Source: Blastocladiella emersonii ATCC 22665 (Eukaryota; Fungi; Blastocladiomycota). Taken from it: a stretch of DNA of 64,000 bases. Each line of letters opens with the position of its first letter. Position 1 is the first letter of the stretch. A model generated the notes under the pieces. It was not told the DNA's origin and did no database searches. It saw only the letters and a program-made list of their open reading frames with translations. The DNA lies in contig JANHCV010000013.1 of assembly GCA_025594325.1 (NCBI GenBank), positions 558,001 to 622,000 of the forward strand. The letters are read 5' to 3'. The translations under genes and the position numbers were made by a program. Of the stretch, positions 1-11,575 are shown piece after piece.

Positions 1-363
1 ACCGCGGCAGCTACCACTCGTGCAGCTGCGGCGCTGCTGTGCGCGCTTGCCCATCTCGGCCCGCTATTGCCAGCCGCTGCCACGCGCGTCCGCCCTGCTT
101 AGGCCGCTGTCGCTGGCCGTCGACCACATCCATATCTACCACACCAACAACATCAAAACATCTACATCATCCGCCACCTCACGGCGCCACACCCGGCCGC
201 CGGGTCGCCTGCTCGCGCGCCTGCGGCGGTTGGTCGCTGCCGCTGCCCCCGCCGTCTGTCACGCGCCTTCGCGTCGACCTCCAGCTGTGCGCATCCAGCC
301 CGCCCTCAAGCTCCATGGCCGCCGGCACTCTGTCACGCTCGCGCGCCTGCTCAAGTTCCAGCC

Positions 364-2010
364 GTGTACCTCCCCCGCCACCCCGTGGTCAGCCGCGCAC
401 CGTCGCCGTCACTGCCACCTGGCCTGCGCCGTCACTGGCTGCCCACGTTCTTCTCGCTCAAGTTCCTCTCGTTTCGCCCGCCGGCCTCCCGCTCCCCGTC
501 CTCCACGTTCTCAGCCTCGACTCTCCTGGTCCCCAGCGCGTCTCTGCTACCTTGCCAACCGCCAGCCGCCATCGGCTGCGCGCACCCTGCGCACCTCACG
601 CACCCGCCCCACGTCCAGCTCGCCACCCTCATGAGCCCAAGTGATCCCCGTACCCGCGCCTCGCAGCGCCACGACGTCCTCGTTGTCCATCCACGGCGCT
701 CCAGGTCCTGCGCGGCTCGTGGTCCCCACTCGCGCTTGTGCGGTGGCGCTGCGACCTCCGCTGCGGCCTCAACGTCGGCGCTGTACCGCCCTGCACACAC
801 ACACACACGCGATAGCGTACAACATAATAATGATACCTCCATCACCAACAACATCTCGCAGGGGCTGACGTCATCATTGCAGCCCGATAGGGCCGACGTC
901 GTCCTTGCGCGCTCCTCCGGCTTCATCTTTGTCGCGCGATAGCGCCTGAGGTCCTTGCGCTCCTTTGGTCAGGCCCGCCGCTGCCGGGCGCGTCGCCACG
1001 CCTGCCGCCGCCCACGATCCATCCTCAACATCTTTGGCGACGTCTTCTGCTTCAGCACCCCCAGCAACGTCTTCCACGGCACCTCATGCAGCTTCTCCCA
1101 CACCATGCTCTGCAATTCCCCCTGCATCGGCCGAGCTTGACGGCTCCGCGCCACCAGAGCGCCCCAGCTCGCCCATTGTCTTTCTGCCTTGGCCGTCAGG
1201 CACCCGCTTGGCAGGCTGCGCGACTGCAAGCGCGTCAACTCCAACATCTGCGGCACCGTGGACAGGCGAGTACTAGCAGTTCCTCGCCATCAAGGCCGTC
1301 GTCAGCGCCGCACTGCGCCTCGCCTGCTCAACAACACTACTCCAAGCTGTTCTTCGTTTGCCACCAACGCCTCGTACGTCGGCATTGGCGCCGCCCTCCT
1401 CCAGGGTATCCGCAACTCCCCGCGCCGCTTCAACTCTGCATCCCGCTCTCTGCGGTCAGCCGAGCGCACACTCTCGGTCTCCAAGCTCAAGCTCATCTGC
1501 ATTGTCTCTGCGCGCAACCGCTGCGGCACCAACCTCCGCGGCCGGCACCGCCGCCTCAACGCGTGCCACGTCTGGTGCCACTACCTCCACGCCCAAGCTC
1601 ACGCTGCGCTGGCCAACGCTGTGCTCGCCTGCGCCGCGCCACGTTTGCCTACGCTGCCTTCGCCTGCGCCGCGCTCATGCCGCGCCCGCGCTGTGCCTCA
1701 ATCGCCTGCGCTGCGCTCACCTGCTCCGCGTCACAATCGCCTACAACGCGTTTGCCCGCGTCTTGCGCGCCTGCGTCACGCTCACGTCGCGCTTGCCTGC
1801 GTCACGCTCACGTCGCGCTCGCTTGCGCCACGCTCACGTTGCGCTCGCCTGCACTACGCTCAAGCCGCGCTCGCCTGCACTACGCTCAAGCCGCGCTCGC
1901 CCACATGTTCTCGCAAAAGCGACTCTTGCCCATCCTCGCCAACTGGCTCGACACGCTCCTGTCGCCCACCTGCCCAGTGTCCTCAACGTCCCAACATCCT
2001 GTTGCGCCTC
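364..2010 (+). pseudogene. Frameshifted gag / protease / RNase H-tail remnants of the Gypsy element
   Basis: Decayed zinc-knuckle-like FFVCHQRLVRRH (~1350), a protease-like remnant and an RNase H tail are spread over different frames. No RT YxDD motif is visible. Confidence 0.55.
1620..1900 (+). repeat. Degenerate GC-rich tandem repeat (gcgctcgcctgcactacgctcaagcc-like units) occupying the expected RT position
   Basis: Repeated cgctcacgtcgcgct and gcgctcgcctgcactacgctcaagcc units are read directly. Confidence 0.7.
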
Positions 2011-2223
2011 TACAACACCAACGCACGCACACGCCTCATCAATATTGACCGTGTGGCCCATCAACCAGTATTGCGTCCTCCCCGTGGGTGCCCGCTGGTG
2101 GGGGGGGGTCCTTGCAGATCCTCTCCCGCGCCGTCGCAGCTCAACCCGCTTGACAACGGCGAGCTCAAGGAGCTCATGGCGCGCGATCTCTCCCTCGCAG
2201 ACAATCGCGCCCGCCACTTCTTC

Positions 2224-2441
2224 CTTGCGCCAGCCTCCCTCACGCCCGCCGAGCGAACCTTCGCCTTCACGGCTGCGCCATCCAACAGGGTGGCTGTCGC
2301 CCAGTTTTCTTGCCAATAGGCACCATTCCCCTTGCGCCAGCCTCCCTCATGCCCGCCAAGCGAACCTTTGCCTTCACGGCCGCGCCATCTGACAGGGTGG
2401 TTGTGGTTCGCCCAGTTTTCTTGCCAATAGGCACCATTCCC
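2224..2441 (+). repeat. ~107-bp tandem duplication inside pol
   Basis: cttgcgccagcctccctca...gccaataggcaccattccc starts at 2224 and again at 2331. Confidence 0.9.
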
Positions 2442-3896
2442 CTCACCCAGCGCCTCAACACGGCGCTCATGCCCCGCGACCAGCGCGAGCAGCTCATCCG
2501 CGACGTGCACAACTGGGGTCACTCGGGTCCCGCAGCCACACAGCAGCAGCTCATTGTCCTCGGCCACAAATGGTCCGGCATGCTTGCCAACTGCCAGCGC
2601 GTCATTGCCGGCTGCATCCTGTGCACCCGCTTCTTGACAACGCGCCAGGGCTTCCACTTGATGCGCTTGATTGAGGCCGAGCTCCCGCTGGACCACCTGT
2701 CCATGGACTGCCTGCAGCTGCTGATCTCGCCCAACAGATACACGCATGTGCTCGTGATCATCAACATCTGCACCCGGTTCGCGTGGCTCCACCCGATCCG
2801 CTCCACATCAGCCGCCAAGGTCGCCTGCGGTTTCCTCACGACCTGCTTCCAGTTCGGCTTCCTGCGCATCATCCAGTCCAACAACGGCCCCGAGTTCGCC
2901 AACCAGATCATTGCCTCGCTCGCCTACATGGCCGGCATCGACCGCCGCCTCGTCTCGCCGTACCACCCGCAGGCCAACGGCGCCTCGGAGCGTCTTGTCC
3001 GCTTGATCAAGCAGATGCTGCTCCCCTCGCTCAACGGGCAGCTCGACCCCTGGCCTTCCATGGTCCCGGCCATCCAGTACGCCTACAACATGCGCATGCA
3101 CGCGCGTCACGGCTCAACACCCTTCTCGCTCATTTTCGCGCGCCCATCCAACGCGCTCCGCAACTACTGCGCGCAGCCGGCCCTGCGCAACATGACCAAG
3201 CAGGAGCAGCTCGCCCGCCTCAAGCTCATGACTGAGGCCGTGTTCCCCGCCATCGCGCAGCGCACCGCCAACTGCAACGCTGTCATGCAGGCGCGCATCA
3301 ATCAGCACCACAAGATCATTGCCACCGACATCCCCGCAGGCGCCATCGTCATGCGCATCACCACCAACTGCGCCTCCCGCGTCAACCCGCGCTACGAGGG
3401 CCCGTACACAGTGATCCGCCGTAACCAGGGCGGCGCGTACGTGATCAACGACTACCACAAGAAGATCTCGGCCAACACCCAGCTCGAGCGCCAGCGACAG
3501 CTGCTGCGGCTCGCTTCCAAGGTTGCCAAGCCCGCCTGCGCCATCTTCAACTACCACCAGAAGATCTCGGCCTACACCCGGCTCAAGCGCCAGCGATTGC
3601 TGCTGCAGCTCGCCTCCAAGGTCGCCGAGCCCCTCCATCTTCCACATCTTCCTTCAAGATCCAGCTCCCCGCCAAGCCTCGGCCAAGTAGTCGCAGGTTT
3701 CGCCCAAGAAGTCGCCGGCTGGCTCATTGCCCGCCTGCGCCGTGCACCGCCTGCCAACGCAGTGCACCACCAAGCTTGTCAGCCACTGCGCCTTCGGCTG
3801 GTGCCACTCTCCATTCCGCCGCTACGCCCATGCACGGTCTGGGAGGGGGTGATGTTAACCGACGCGTGTGGCAACCAGCCACCTGGTTGCATGTGA
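2310..3896 (+). pseudogene. Retroviral-type integrase (Gypsy), probably inactive
   Basis: HHCC finger (HNWGH...CILC), LPLDHLSMD, IIQSNNGPEF (second catalytic D reads N), YHPQANGASERL and GPY module (RYEGPYTV). Confidence 0.93.
3445..3631 (+). repeat. ~100-bp tandem duplication in the integrase C-terminus
   Basis: ctaccac(a/c)agaagatctcggcc...ctccaaggt(t/c)gcc occurs twice (DYHKKISANTQLERQRQLL / NYHQKISAYTRLKRQRLLL). Confidence 0.88.
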
Positions 3897-4097
3897 CCGA
3901 CCGTGCACCTGTTCCTGCGCCGCCTGCTGCCCGCAGCGGCGCTCCCGGCATTTGCATCCACGCTCCCCTCACCCCGCCTTGGGTTCGGGGCCGGAGGCAG
4001 GAATACACATCCCTGACTAGCTGTATCGTGGTCTCCTCGTGTCCCCCTCCTCGCCACGCTACAAACGTCATCCCAGAGCAACTCGGAAGGTACAACG
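3841..4097 (+). repeat. Polypurine tract (3841-3849) and 3' LTR (~3853-4097)
   Basis: gggaggggg is followed by TGTTAAC. The segment ends ...GTACAACG (imperfect TG...CA inverted ends) exactly where homology to a host gene family resumes. Confidence 0.7.
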
Positions 4098-5274
4098 TTT
4101 GAGCGAATCGCGTCGACTAGAGCCTCGCGATCATTGTGGAGAGCGTCCTTGAGGAGGGTAACAAAGTAAAACCGCCCGAGCAGCCCCACGGAATGCAGGG
4201 GAAGGGCGCGATCAAGCGGAAGCAACGTGTGTGCATTTTCAAGCTTGCCTGCGTAGAATTTAGTGACATTGTTGACAAAGCCAGCTTGGGCTTGGATGTC
4301 GCGATCAATTTTTCCTCGATGCTGAGCGAGCAGTACCACACGAGCTTGCGGATACAACTTGGCAATGGTATACAACGGGGTCAGGTCCCCGCCGCCATTG
4401 GGGTTGTATCAGCCGTGCGAGTAGAGCCACCCCATAACATCCGCCATGGTCTGGCAGGTCGGCGGGTACGGGTGCGCTTCTTTACAGAAGATGAAAGTTC
4501 CAGCATACTTGGTTGCCAGGTCAACTGAAAGCTGGTCCTGCTTGACATCAATTCGAGGCTAGGCATAGCTGGTCGAGTAGCTGTAAACTTCGGGAATCGA
4601 TCATATGCGCAGCCAATCTTGCCAATCGAGACAAACCGTGAGCAGCTGCGGCCAAGCACGTTCGATGTCAGCGAGAACCAAGTCAAGGAAGCTGACCGGG
4701 CTCGTTATGACCGCGCAAGCCGCAATAAGAAAGTAGACGGCAAGCGGATGCTCATAGAGCCGGCTCGGGCGGGCCGATTTCGCCCTGTCGACAACCGCAC
4801 GAAGATCGAAGAGCGGTAGGGTGTCGTCCTCCCAAAGGGATGCGTTGGTGACGGGTGAGCAACAACGCGCGCCGAGACGCAGCGGATTAGAGCGCGAAGA
4901 AAGGAGTCTGCGCTGAGGCGGCGAGCAGCGAGCCGCTCAATATCGTGCTCATCCGAGGGAGTAGGAACTTTCTAGCGCGAGCGGACCGAAGCACTAACCG
5001 CTGACCAGACGCTGGCGAGTCGCTCAGGCTTTGGGCTGTCATGGTTGACCTGGAATCGCTCGGAAGCTGGGTCGGAAGGAAAGTGTGAGATCTCAGCAAT
5101 CAACCAGCAAGAGAGGACGTGGATATCCGCGGACATGAGGTAGGTCGACCGCGAGGCAAGCAGGACCACCAAGCGCGGCTGAGCGAGCTGCCCAACCATG
5201 ATGGCGACTTTGGCCGGAAGGGCGGAGAAATCCATGTTTGGTGGTCGCCGGCTCGATTTCATAGAGTGATTCAT
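4098..5274 (-). pseudogene. F-box-like repeat-family gene, copy A, interrupted by the LTR
   Basis: N-terminus MNHSMKSS...DFSALPAKVAIMVGQLA and HTLLPLDRALPLHSVGLLGRFYF align to copies B/C. There is a stop at 4972 and frame breaks, and the frame runs into the LTR at ~4097. Confidence 0.8.
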
Positions 5275-5435
5275 GAAATTGACGAAGTGTGCTTCATGGG
5301 GTGCCGCGAGACCTCGAGCGAGAGCGAACAGCGGCCGAAACGCGTCGCGTCACTCAAATCAGTGTGAGTCGCCCGCGTCCCTACTCTCGAGAGCCCTTGA
5401 CCCCCTCAATGAAAACCATGTCAACTTCATGCAAC

Positions 5436-7105
5436 ATGCTCAGGACTACCCATGTACCCCAAGTCCTTGAGCGGATTCTTGTTTATGCGATCCAGCAACA
5501 CAGCGACGCGGCTGACACGGCGGGACTGCTCGAATACTCGCGTGTCTTGCCGAGGCCTCTAGCTCCACGAATCGATTGTGCTCTTCTAGAGTGCGCTTCA
5601 AGTCTTTCAGTTGATGGCGCGACACAACACGGCAATGTCGCGGCCCTCAGAAAACGAGCTGCTCTCAAATTTGGGCTCACCAGCTGCTCCCTTGAAGCTT
5701 TGGATGTCGCCATTCGCGGCGGGCACCTTGGAGCGCTTGAATGGTGGCGCGCTTCGGGCCTTCTTGACCTTACCCAAGTCAAATCGCACTTGGATCGCGC
5801 TCGGTACTCCTCGAGTCCATACGCCGCCCTAGGAGTTGAGTTGGACCAAGTTCGCGCCCTTGACCACGGCATTGTTGAAGGCCTCGAGGACGGTGATCCC
5901 ATCAAGCTCTTTGCTGTGGATGAAGGCATCGACGAAATATGCGCAGAAGTCGCTTCCGGCTATTACACGACCCTCACGCTCCAAACGAGACCAATCACAA
6001 TGACTGGAATCGAGGCTCTTAACGCTGCAATGGCGAACCCGCTGCAGTTGATTGGGTCGTTTGTTGCACACAGCAGCACTCTCGATCTCCCCCGCTTTCT
6101 CGCGCTTCGATTCCCTCCGTCGTTGCACACAATCCAGTACGTTGACGAGTGGCTTGGTACAGTGCCGCAGTCTCACTCTGTGGAGTTGACTCCGATGCGC
6201 TGGCCCCCGGGTCTTGAAAATCTGCACCTTGTTTCACCAAGGCTTTCGACTACATCTCGGTATCTCTTTCAAGGCCTTCCTAGGTCTCTCCGATCCATCA
6301 TTGTTGTGGATTCTGCGCTTGATCAGAACGCAGCGTCCCAGCTGGCTCGAGTTCTTCCACCGTTCCTCCAAAAGTTCAAGCTTGAGTCGCAGGGCCTGTC
6401 TAATGACTGGTTTGCGTCAGCAGTGCCGCTGCTTCCAGCCGCTCTTCAAGAGTTGTCGATGGGAAAGCTCAACGCTGGCGGCTCCCACGGATCGGCCGAG
6501 GAGACACTCCACGCGAGCCCAGCCGCGCTTCCCCAGTTTCTCAATTCGCTGACTCTCGCAGGTGAGCTATTGACCTCGCAACTGGTCCATACCCTCGGCA
6601 CCGAGGCTCGCTATTCTATGCGATCGCTGAAGCTTCGCTTCGACACAGCCACGGACGAAGCCCTTGCTGAAATTGCTCACGTATTACCCCCGAGGATCAG
6701 TGACTTGGAGGTCCGCATGCAGACCTCGCGCATTGGCGCCTTGACGCTCATCCCGCGGCTTCCGCGGTCGCTTTTTACACTCTACCTGTCGGACGTTGAC
6801 CTTGGGCTTGAAGGTGCTCAACTACTTGCGCAGCACACGCCGCCTAGGCTCCACAAAATTGCTCTTTGTGCGGCCAATCTCGACGATGCAGCTGCCGCGG
6901 CTCTCATTCCAGTTCTCTCTCACGGCTTGAGTGAGATCAACTTGAGTCCAACGCGATCACGGATGTCGGGGCGCTACCCCTTGCCGCGCGGTTCCTGGGT
7001 TATGGCGTCAGGTTCAACATGTGGGGGAACAGTGTTTCGGACGATGGCCACGCGGCGCTCAACGCTCCCTTTCCTCCCTGGGACTGGGAAATTGACGATG
7101 TGTGA
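5436..7105 (+). CDS. LRR (RNI-like) protein with F-box-like/ankyrin-like N-terminus, copy 1; apparent 1-nt frameshift at ~6948
   Basis: MLRTTHVPQVLERILVYAI, GHLGALEWWRASG and LPRSLFTLYLSDVDLGLEGAQLLAQHTP repeats. Paralog-like NAITDVGA...GNSVSDDG continues in another frame to TGA at 7103-7105. Confidence 0.8.
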
Positions 7106-7478
7106 TGAGACCCGTTTGGGGCAAGAATATATGTTACGTTTGAAGCGCTGAAAAGACTCAGTACTTTGATGATACCGTCAGGGATTAATTTACGGGGCCA
7201 GCCGCGACCAGCCTCAGTGCATCTCGAACTCAGCGATTTCTGCGCTGTCATGCCGCACTCAGCAAAAAATGACTTCCAAATCCTCGCAACAACAGCCACG
7301 GACTGGCGGGAACGAACGCTTCCGGCTCACGCCGGACGCGTCAATTTATCATGTGATGCCCGCGTGAGGCTGGTGCGACGTTTGGGATGTGGCGCAAGTC
7401 TCGCGCCGCCGCTCGCTTCGCTTCGACCGCATGTAGCACCTTACCACTTTGACTAGGACCACGTAAACTTCATGCAAA

Positions 7479-9125
7479 ATGCTCAGGGCTATTCATGTGC
7501 CCGAAGTCCTCGAGCGGATTCTTGTTTATGCCATCAAACAGCACGGCGACCCGGCCGACGCGGCGGGGCTCCTCGAGTACGCGCGCGCTCTGCCGCGGGC
7601 CCTGGCCCCGCGCCTTGAACGAGCGCTCTTAGATTTTACGTCGAGTCTTTCAATCGACGGGGCGACGGAGCGCGGCAATGTTGTGGCCCTGAAGAAGCGG
7701 TCCGCACTTGGGCTCTCGCTCACCAGCTGCTCCATGGTCGCACTGAGAGCCGCCATTGCCGAAGGCCATCTCGAAACACTAGAATGGTGGCGCGCTTCGG
7801 GTTTGCTTCATGCCGACGAAGTCCAAGATCTTGTCGATTACTACGAAGACCACACCACGAGTCCGCACGCGGCGCTGGGAATGCCTTATCGCGACGACGA
7901 TGACAACTTCTGCCCAGCGGCTGAGGTCGACGAAGGTATCGATGAGCTCTGCCTCGATATCGCGGCAGGTAGACGTGCAGACCTCTACCTTGACACTTGG
8001 TCCATCTCCATGGCGGGAATCAATGCGCTCAGTGCCGCCATGGCGAACCCTCTGCAGGCGGTCCGAACGGTTGTTTTTCGTAACTGCACCATCGATCTTC
8101 CTCGTTTACTCGCTCTTCGACTTCCGTGAACGGTGCGCAAGGCCGAATTCAATGCGCACTGGATCAGACAGCCGCCACCATCGTCTCTCGCGGAATCGAC
8201 ACCAATGTGCTGGCCACCGGGTCTCGAATCGCTCGTGATTGGGACACGGCGGATGTCAACTGCCATCCCCTACCTCTTCCACTCTTTTCCCGCGACGCTT
8301 CGCTCACTCCATATCGAAGGCGTCGATTGTGACGACCCAATGATCCTTGAAATTGTTGACAAGCTTCCCCCATTCCTCAAAGAGCTCGATCTACTATCCA
8401 GCTCGACTCGAGCTGGGTTCATGGCTGTCATCGCTCGACTTCCAGCAACGCTCGAAAGCCTTTCAATCGGATCGGATCCCATGGTTTGCACCGGGGACGC
8501 ACGTGCTTCATTATCGCTGCACAACACTCAAGGCAGAGTTCCCGTGCTTCCGCAGCTGCTTACATCGCTGGAGTTCGCAGGTGATGAGCTCGACGTTGAG
8601 TTGATCCACACTCTTGGCATTATTCCGCGCTACTCGCTTCGGAAACTTTCACTGCGCTTCAAAGAAGTCAACCACGAGGCAATGTTGGAGCTTGCCCGCG
8701 TCCTTCCGCCGAACCTCGAGGAATTCGTCGCCCGCTGTTGTTATACGTCCCGCGCTGGCATTATGTCGCTCATTCCAAGCCTTCCTCGAACGCTTACCGT
8801 GCTCGATCTCATTGACTCGGACATCGGATGCGAGGGCGCTCAGCTCCTTGCTCAACATCTGCCGCCCCGCCTCAAAGAGTTGCTGCTTCGCTCAACGAAC
8901 CTCGACGACGAGGCCATAGAGTTCTTGGCACTCGCGCTTCCGCAGACTCTCGCTGTTCTCAACCTATCCCTGAACACAATCACGGATGCCGGTGCATACT
9001 TACTCGCCACTTGCTTGCCGCCGGGCATCACCCAGCTCGGAATGTCGGGCAACGTCATTTCTGACAAGGCCGAGGCCACACTCCTCGCCGCCGTACCGCG
9101 GGTTTCGAACATCCGACACTGTTGA
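7479..9125 (+). pseudogene. LRR (RNI-like) protein, copy 2, with in-frame TGA at 8127-8129
   Basis: ORFs 7479-8129 and 8133-9125 share one frame and align colinearly with copy 1 across the stop. LPRTLTVLDLIDSDIGCEGAQLLAQHLP-type repeats are present. Confidence 0.85.
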
Positions 9126-9488
9126 CCAGGACGGCCGCGTAACATGTACTTTGATCCGTCGACTCCCACCTGTTCGTCTGGTTCAAAAGCGAGCCATTCA
9201 TTCATCATCAGTTCATGACGAGCAGCGAAAGTCGTTCAAAATTCAAGCAGCGAAAGTCGTTCTTCACCAAAATTCAATATATATTCCGCTCCCAATTCCA
9301 ACAAGCGCTCAGGGAAAGCAAGTGGCAAAGCCGAAAGACATCGTGACTGGCTGCTTGCGCGCATGAGCTGAGCGAGAGGCCCCGCTGACTGGGGCGTTTG
9401 TCGCGATCCAGGTCTTGCACACCCATGAGCTTCGTTCATGTCCTAACAGAGGCAGTCAAGTGATTTACACAGGGATCAAGGACGCCAA

Positions 9489-9513
9489 CTAGGTGTGTGT
9501 GCTGCGCACACAC
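9489..9513 (-). other. Candidate Helitron 3' terminus (8-bp hairpin, then CTAG followed by T)
   Basis: gtgtgtgc-tgc-gcacacac (9495-9513), CTAG at 9489-9492, 70-90 bp downstream of the PIF1 stop. The hairpin-to-CTAG spacing (2 nt) is shorter than usual. Confidence 0.45.
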
Positions 9514-9581
9514 TTGGGTCTCAGCTGTAGCTTTACTTGGCTTCTTGAGACTGTTTCAGTTGGTGAAAGTGAAGTAGTTTA

Positions 9582-10600
9582 TCAATTCTCAATCCTGCTC
9601 AGCAGGGACAGTCGCTCCATGTCCTTCGCCACGTGCTGTAATGCCTTCTGCACGAGAACCCAACTGTTGAACCGGATGATGAGGATGTCCTCGGTCCTGC
9701 GCGCTCGAGTGAGGACCATGTACGGGTACCGGGCAGGAAAACGATGCGGGAGCTTGGGGTCGCCGAAGTCGGCAATGACCTTGTTCAGGGTCATCCCCTG
9801 CGCCTTGTGCGCCGTGATCGCGTAGCTCAGCTCAATGGGGAACTGCGATCGCCAAAAGGTCCACCGCTTGCCGTCAATGGTGACCATCTTGCTAATTGTC
9901 TCGCGCTTGATGGGGATGTCACCCAACTCGTCGATTCCGTCGAGTTTCAGGATTTGCTGAAGGTCGCGGTCGGGTCGTACAATGACAGCCTTGATCTGGC
10001 CGTCTTCATGGACAGCAAAGCCGACGACCTTACCCATCATCCCGTTGACGATTCCGATGCTGTTATCATGAATCGTTAGCTGGTGAGCGGCGCGGATTTA
10101 CCTGTGTGCGATGAAACGTACCTTGTCGCGACGTTCCTTGTAACAATGACTCGCGCACCGGGAAAGAGTGTAATCGCGTGTGGCATGTGATCAAGTTGCT
10201 TTGGGGGAAGCTCTTTGATGCGCGCGAACAACGATTGCATCAATGCATCGCTAATGGCCGGTTCGTGTTGCTTCTCGGACCCGCTCGCAGTTCGCTTCGC
10301 TGGTCGAAGCGAATCTGGGTTGGAGAAATCCACGCTGGCCTGCACCGTCACAATCTGGTCGTCGCGAATGCCCAAGTCGCGCATATGTGTGGCTGCCGCA
10401 CAATCATTCCATGCGTCACAAAGCTCGTTTGTCGAGGTAATGAAAGTCGCGTCGCGCCAGTCGTTGTTGTCAATGCCCATGCCTGGAATAACCTTGGCAA
10501 TGTCGCGCTCCGCGATGAACGCATTGACCGCGTCTGTAACCTTGCTGTCTCGGAGGTCTCAGAGCACCGTTGTAAGCTTGGCGTCGTTTGCCGACAAGCA
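9582..10600 (-). pseudogene. 5'-truncated PIF1-family (Helitron-type) helicase C-terminal half, with intron 10060-10121
   Basis: LFPGARVIVTRNVAT|SIGIVNGMMG after splicing a 62-nt GTACGT...CTAAC...AG intron. RSQFPIELSYAITAHKAQGMTL and YMVLTRAR are present, with an in-frame TGA at 10559-10561. Confidence 0.88.
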
Positions 10601-11575
10601 GGCTGCCGCGGTACGCGACGGCCGTGGCCTGCAGCAAGCCGAGCGGATTGGTCGAGGCGTTGGCGTTGATGAGGGGAACACCAGGCGAGTAGCGGACGGG
10701 GATCTCGATGTTGAAGAAGAGGAAGGGGCTCGACGGTGGAGACGGAAGCTCGGAGAGAACCGTGAAGCGCGACAAGCAGCGCAGCGAGAACGTGGGAGAG
10801 AAGTTCAGGGTGTTGCGAGTGGTGGAGGAGAGCAAGGACTGTCAGCGGCGGCCCGCGCGCCTTTATATGTGGCCGCATGGCGGCCAGGCAGACGCCGGAT
10901 CGCGAAGTATTAAGCGCTGCATGGGGTAGGAGTGGCGGGTAAAGAGCTGGTCAGCACAGGAGGTCTCAAAGAGCGTCGACGAGCAGCGGCAAGCGCGAGC
11001 GAGCGGGCGTGGAGTGGGAGAGCTTCCGAGGGCGCGAAAATGCAGCCAGACAGGATTGATGTCAGGTCACGTGATGCTGAACAGTCAGTTTTGAGCGAGG
11101 TCCGTCTCGTCGCGCCTGCGCACGGGAACCGCTGCACAGGACCTCGCTCCCCTCGAAGTGAACAGCCTCGAACTGTTGGGGACTAGGCAAAGCACAGTCC
11201 AGATTTACGTTGCAGGGGTCGGAATGAAGTGAAAGCGAAAAACAACGGAACTCGTCGCGCGACGAAAATCGAAAACGGTCACTGAGCCACTCATGTGACC
11301 ACAAGAGCAAGGTTGATGTGCCTGATACGTTTCAATTGCTCCCACAGAAACTCAGCTTCGCTAAAGCTACAGCTGAGAATATGTTAAGGCGACGAACTCG
11401 GGCCAGTCATCAAGTTCAACCCAAGTTCGCCCACCAATCGTGCTACTTGTTCATCGCTTTCGCTTCCACGAGCTGGTACACACGACTATCGAGAACTGGG
11501 CTTCACGCAACTGAACGCCAAGGCGCGTAATTGACAAAATAACACAAATGTACTGAATCCTAAGCTGTGAGCGCA

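Larger units (their letters stand above)
1..4097 (+). mobile_element. Degenerate Ty3/Gypsy LTR retrotransposon, 5' end off-window, RT apparently deleted
   Basis: Order is gag-like region, decayed protease-like stretch (~1420-1470), RNase H C-terminus (FSQKRLLPILANWLDTLL ~1912-1960), integrase, polypurine tract, LTR starting TG. Integrase after RNase H is the Gypsy order. Confidence 0.88.

Noticed and set aside
20-644. Two ~200-aa overlapping plus ORFs
   Set aside because: Low-complexity Arg/Pro/Ser-rich frames in GC-rich retroelement leader/gag DNA; no independent gene evidence.
3650-3840. Chromodomain at the integrase C-terminus
   Set aside because: No recognisable YLVKW / W-EP residues.
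9220-9262. 17-bp direct repeat agcagcgaaagtcgttc; also an 18-bp repeat near 41741-41785
   Set aside because: Short local duplications in intergenic DNA with no associated element ends.
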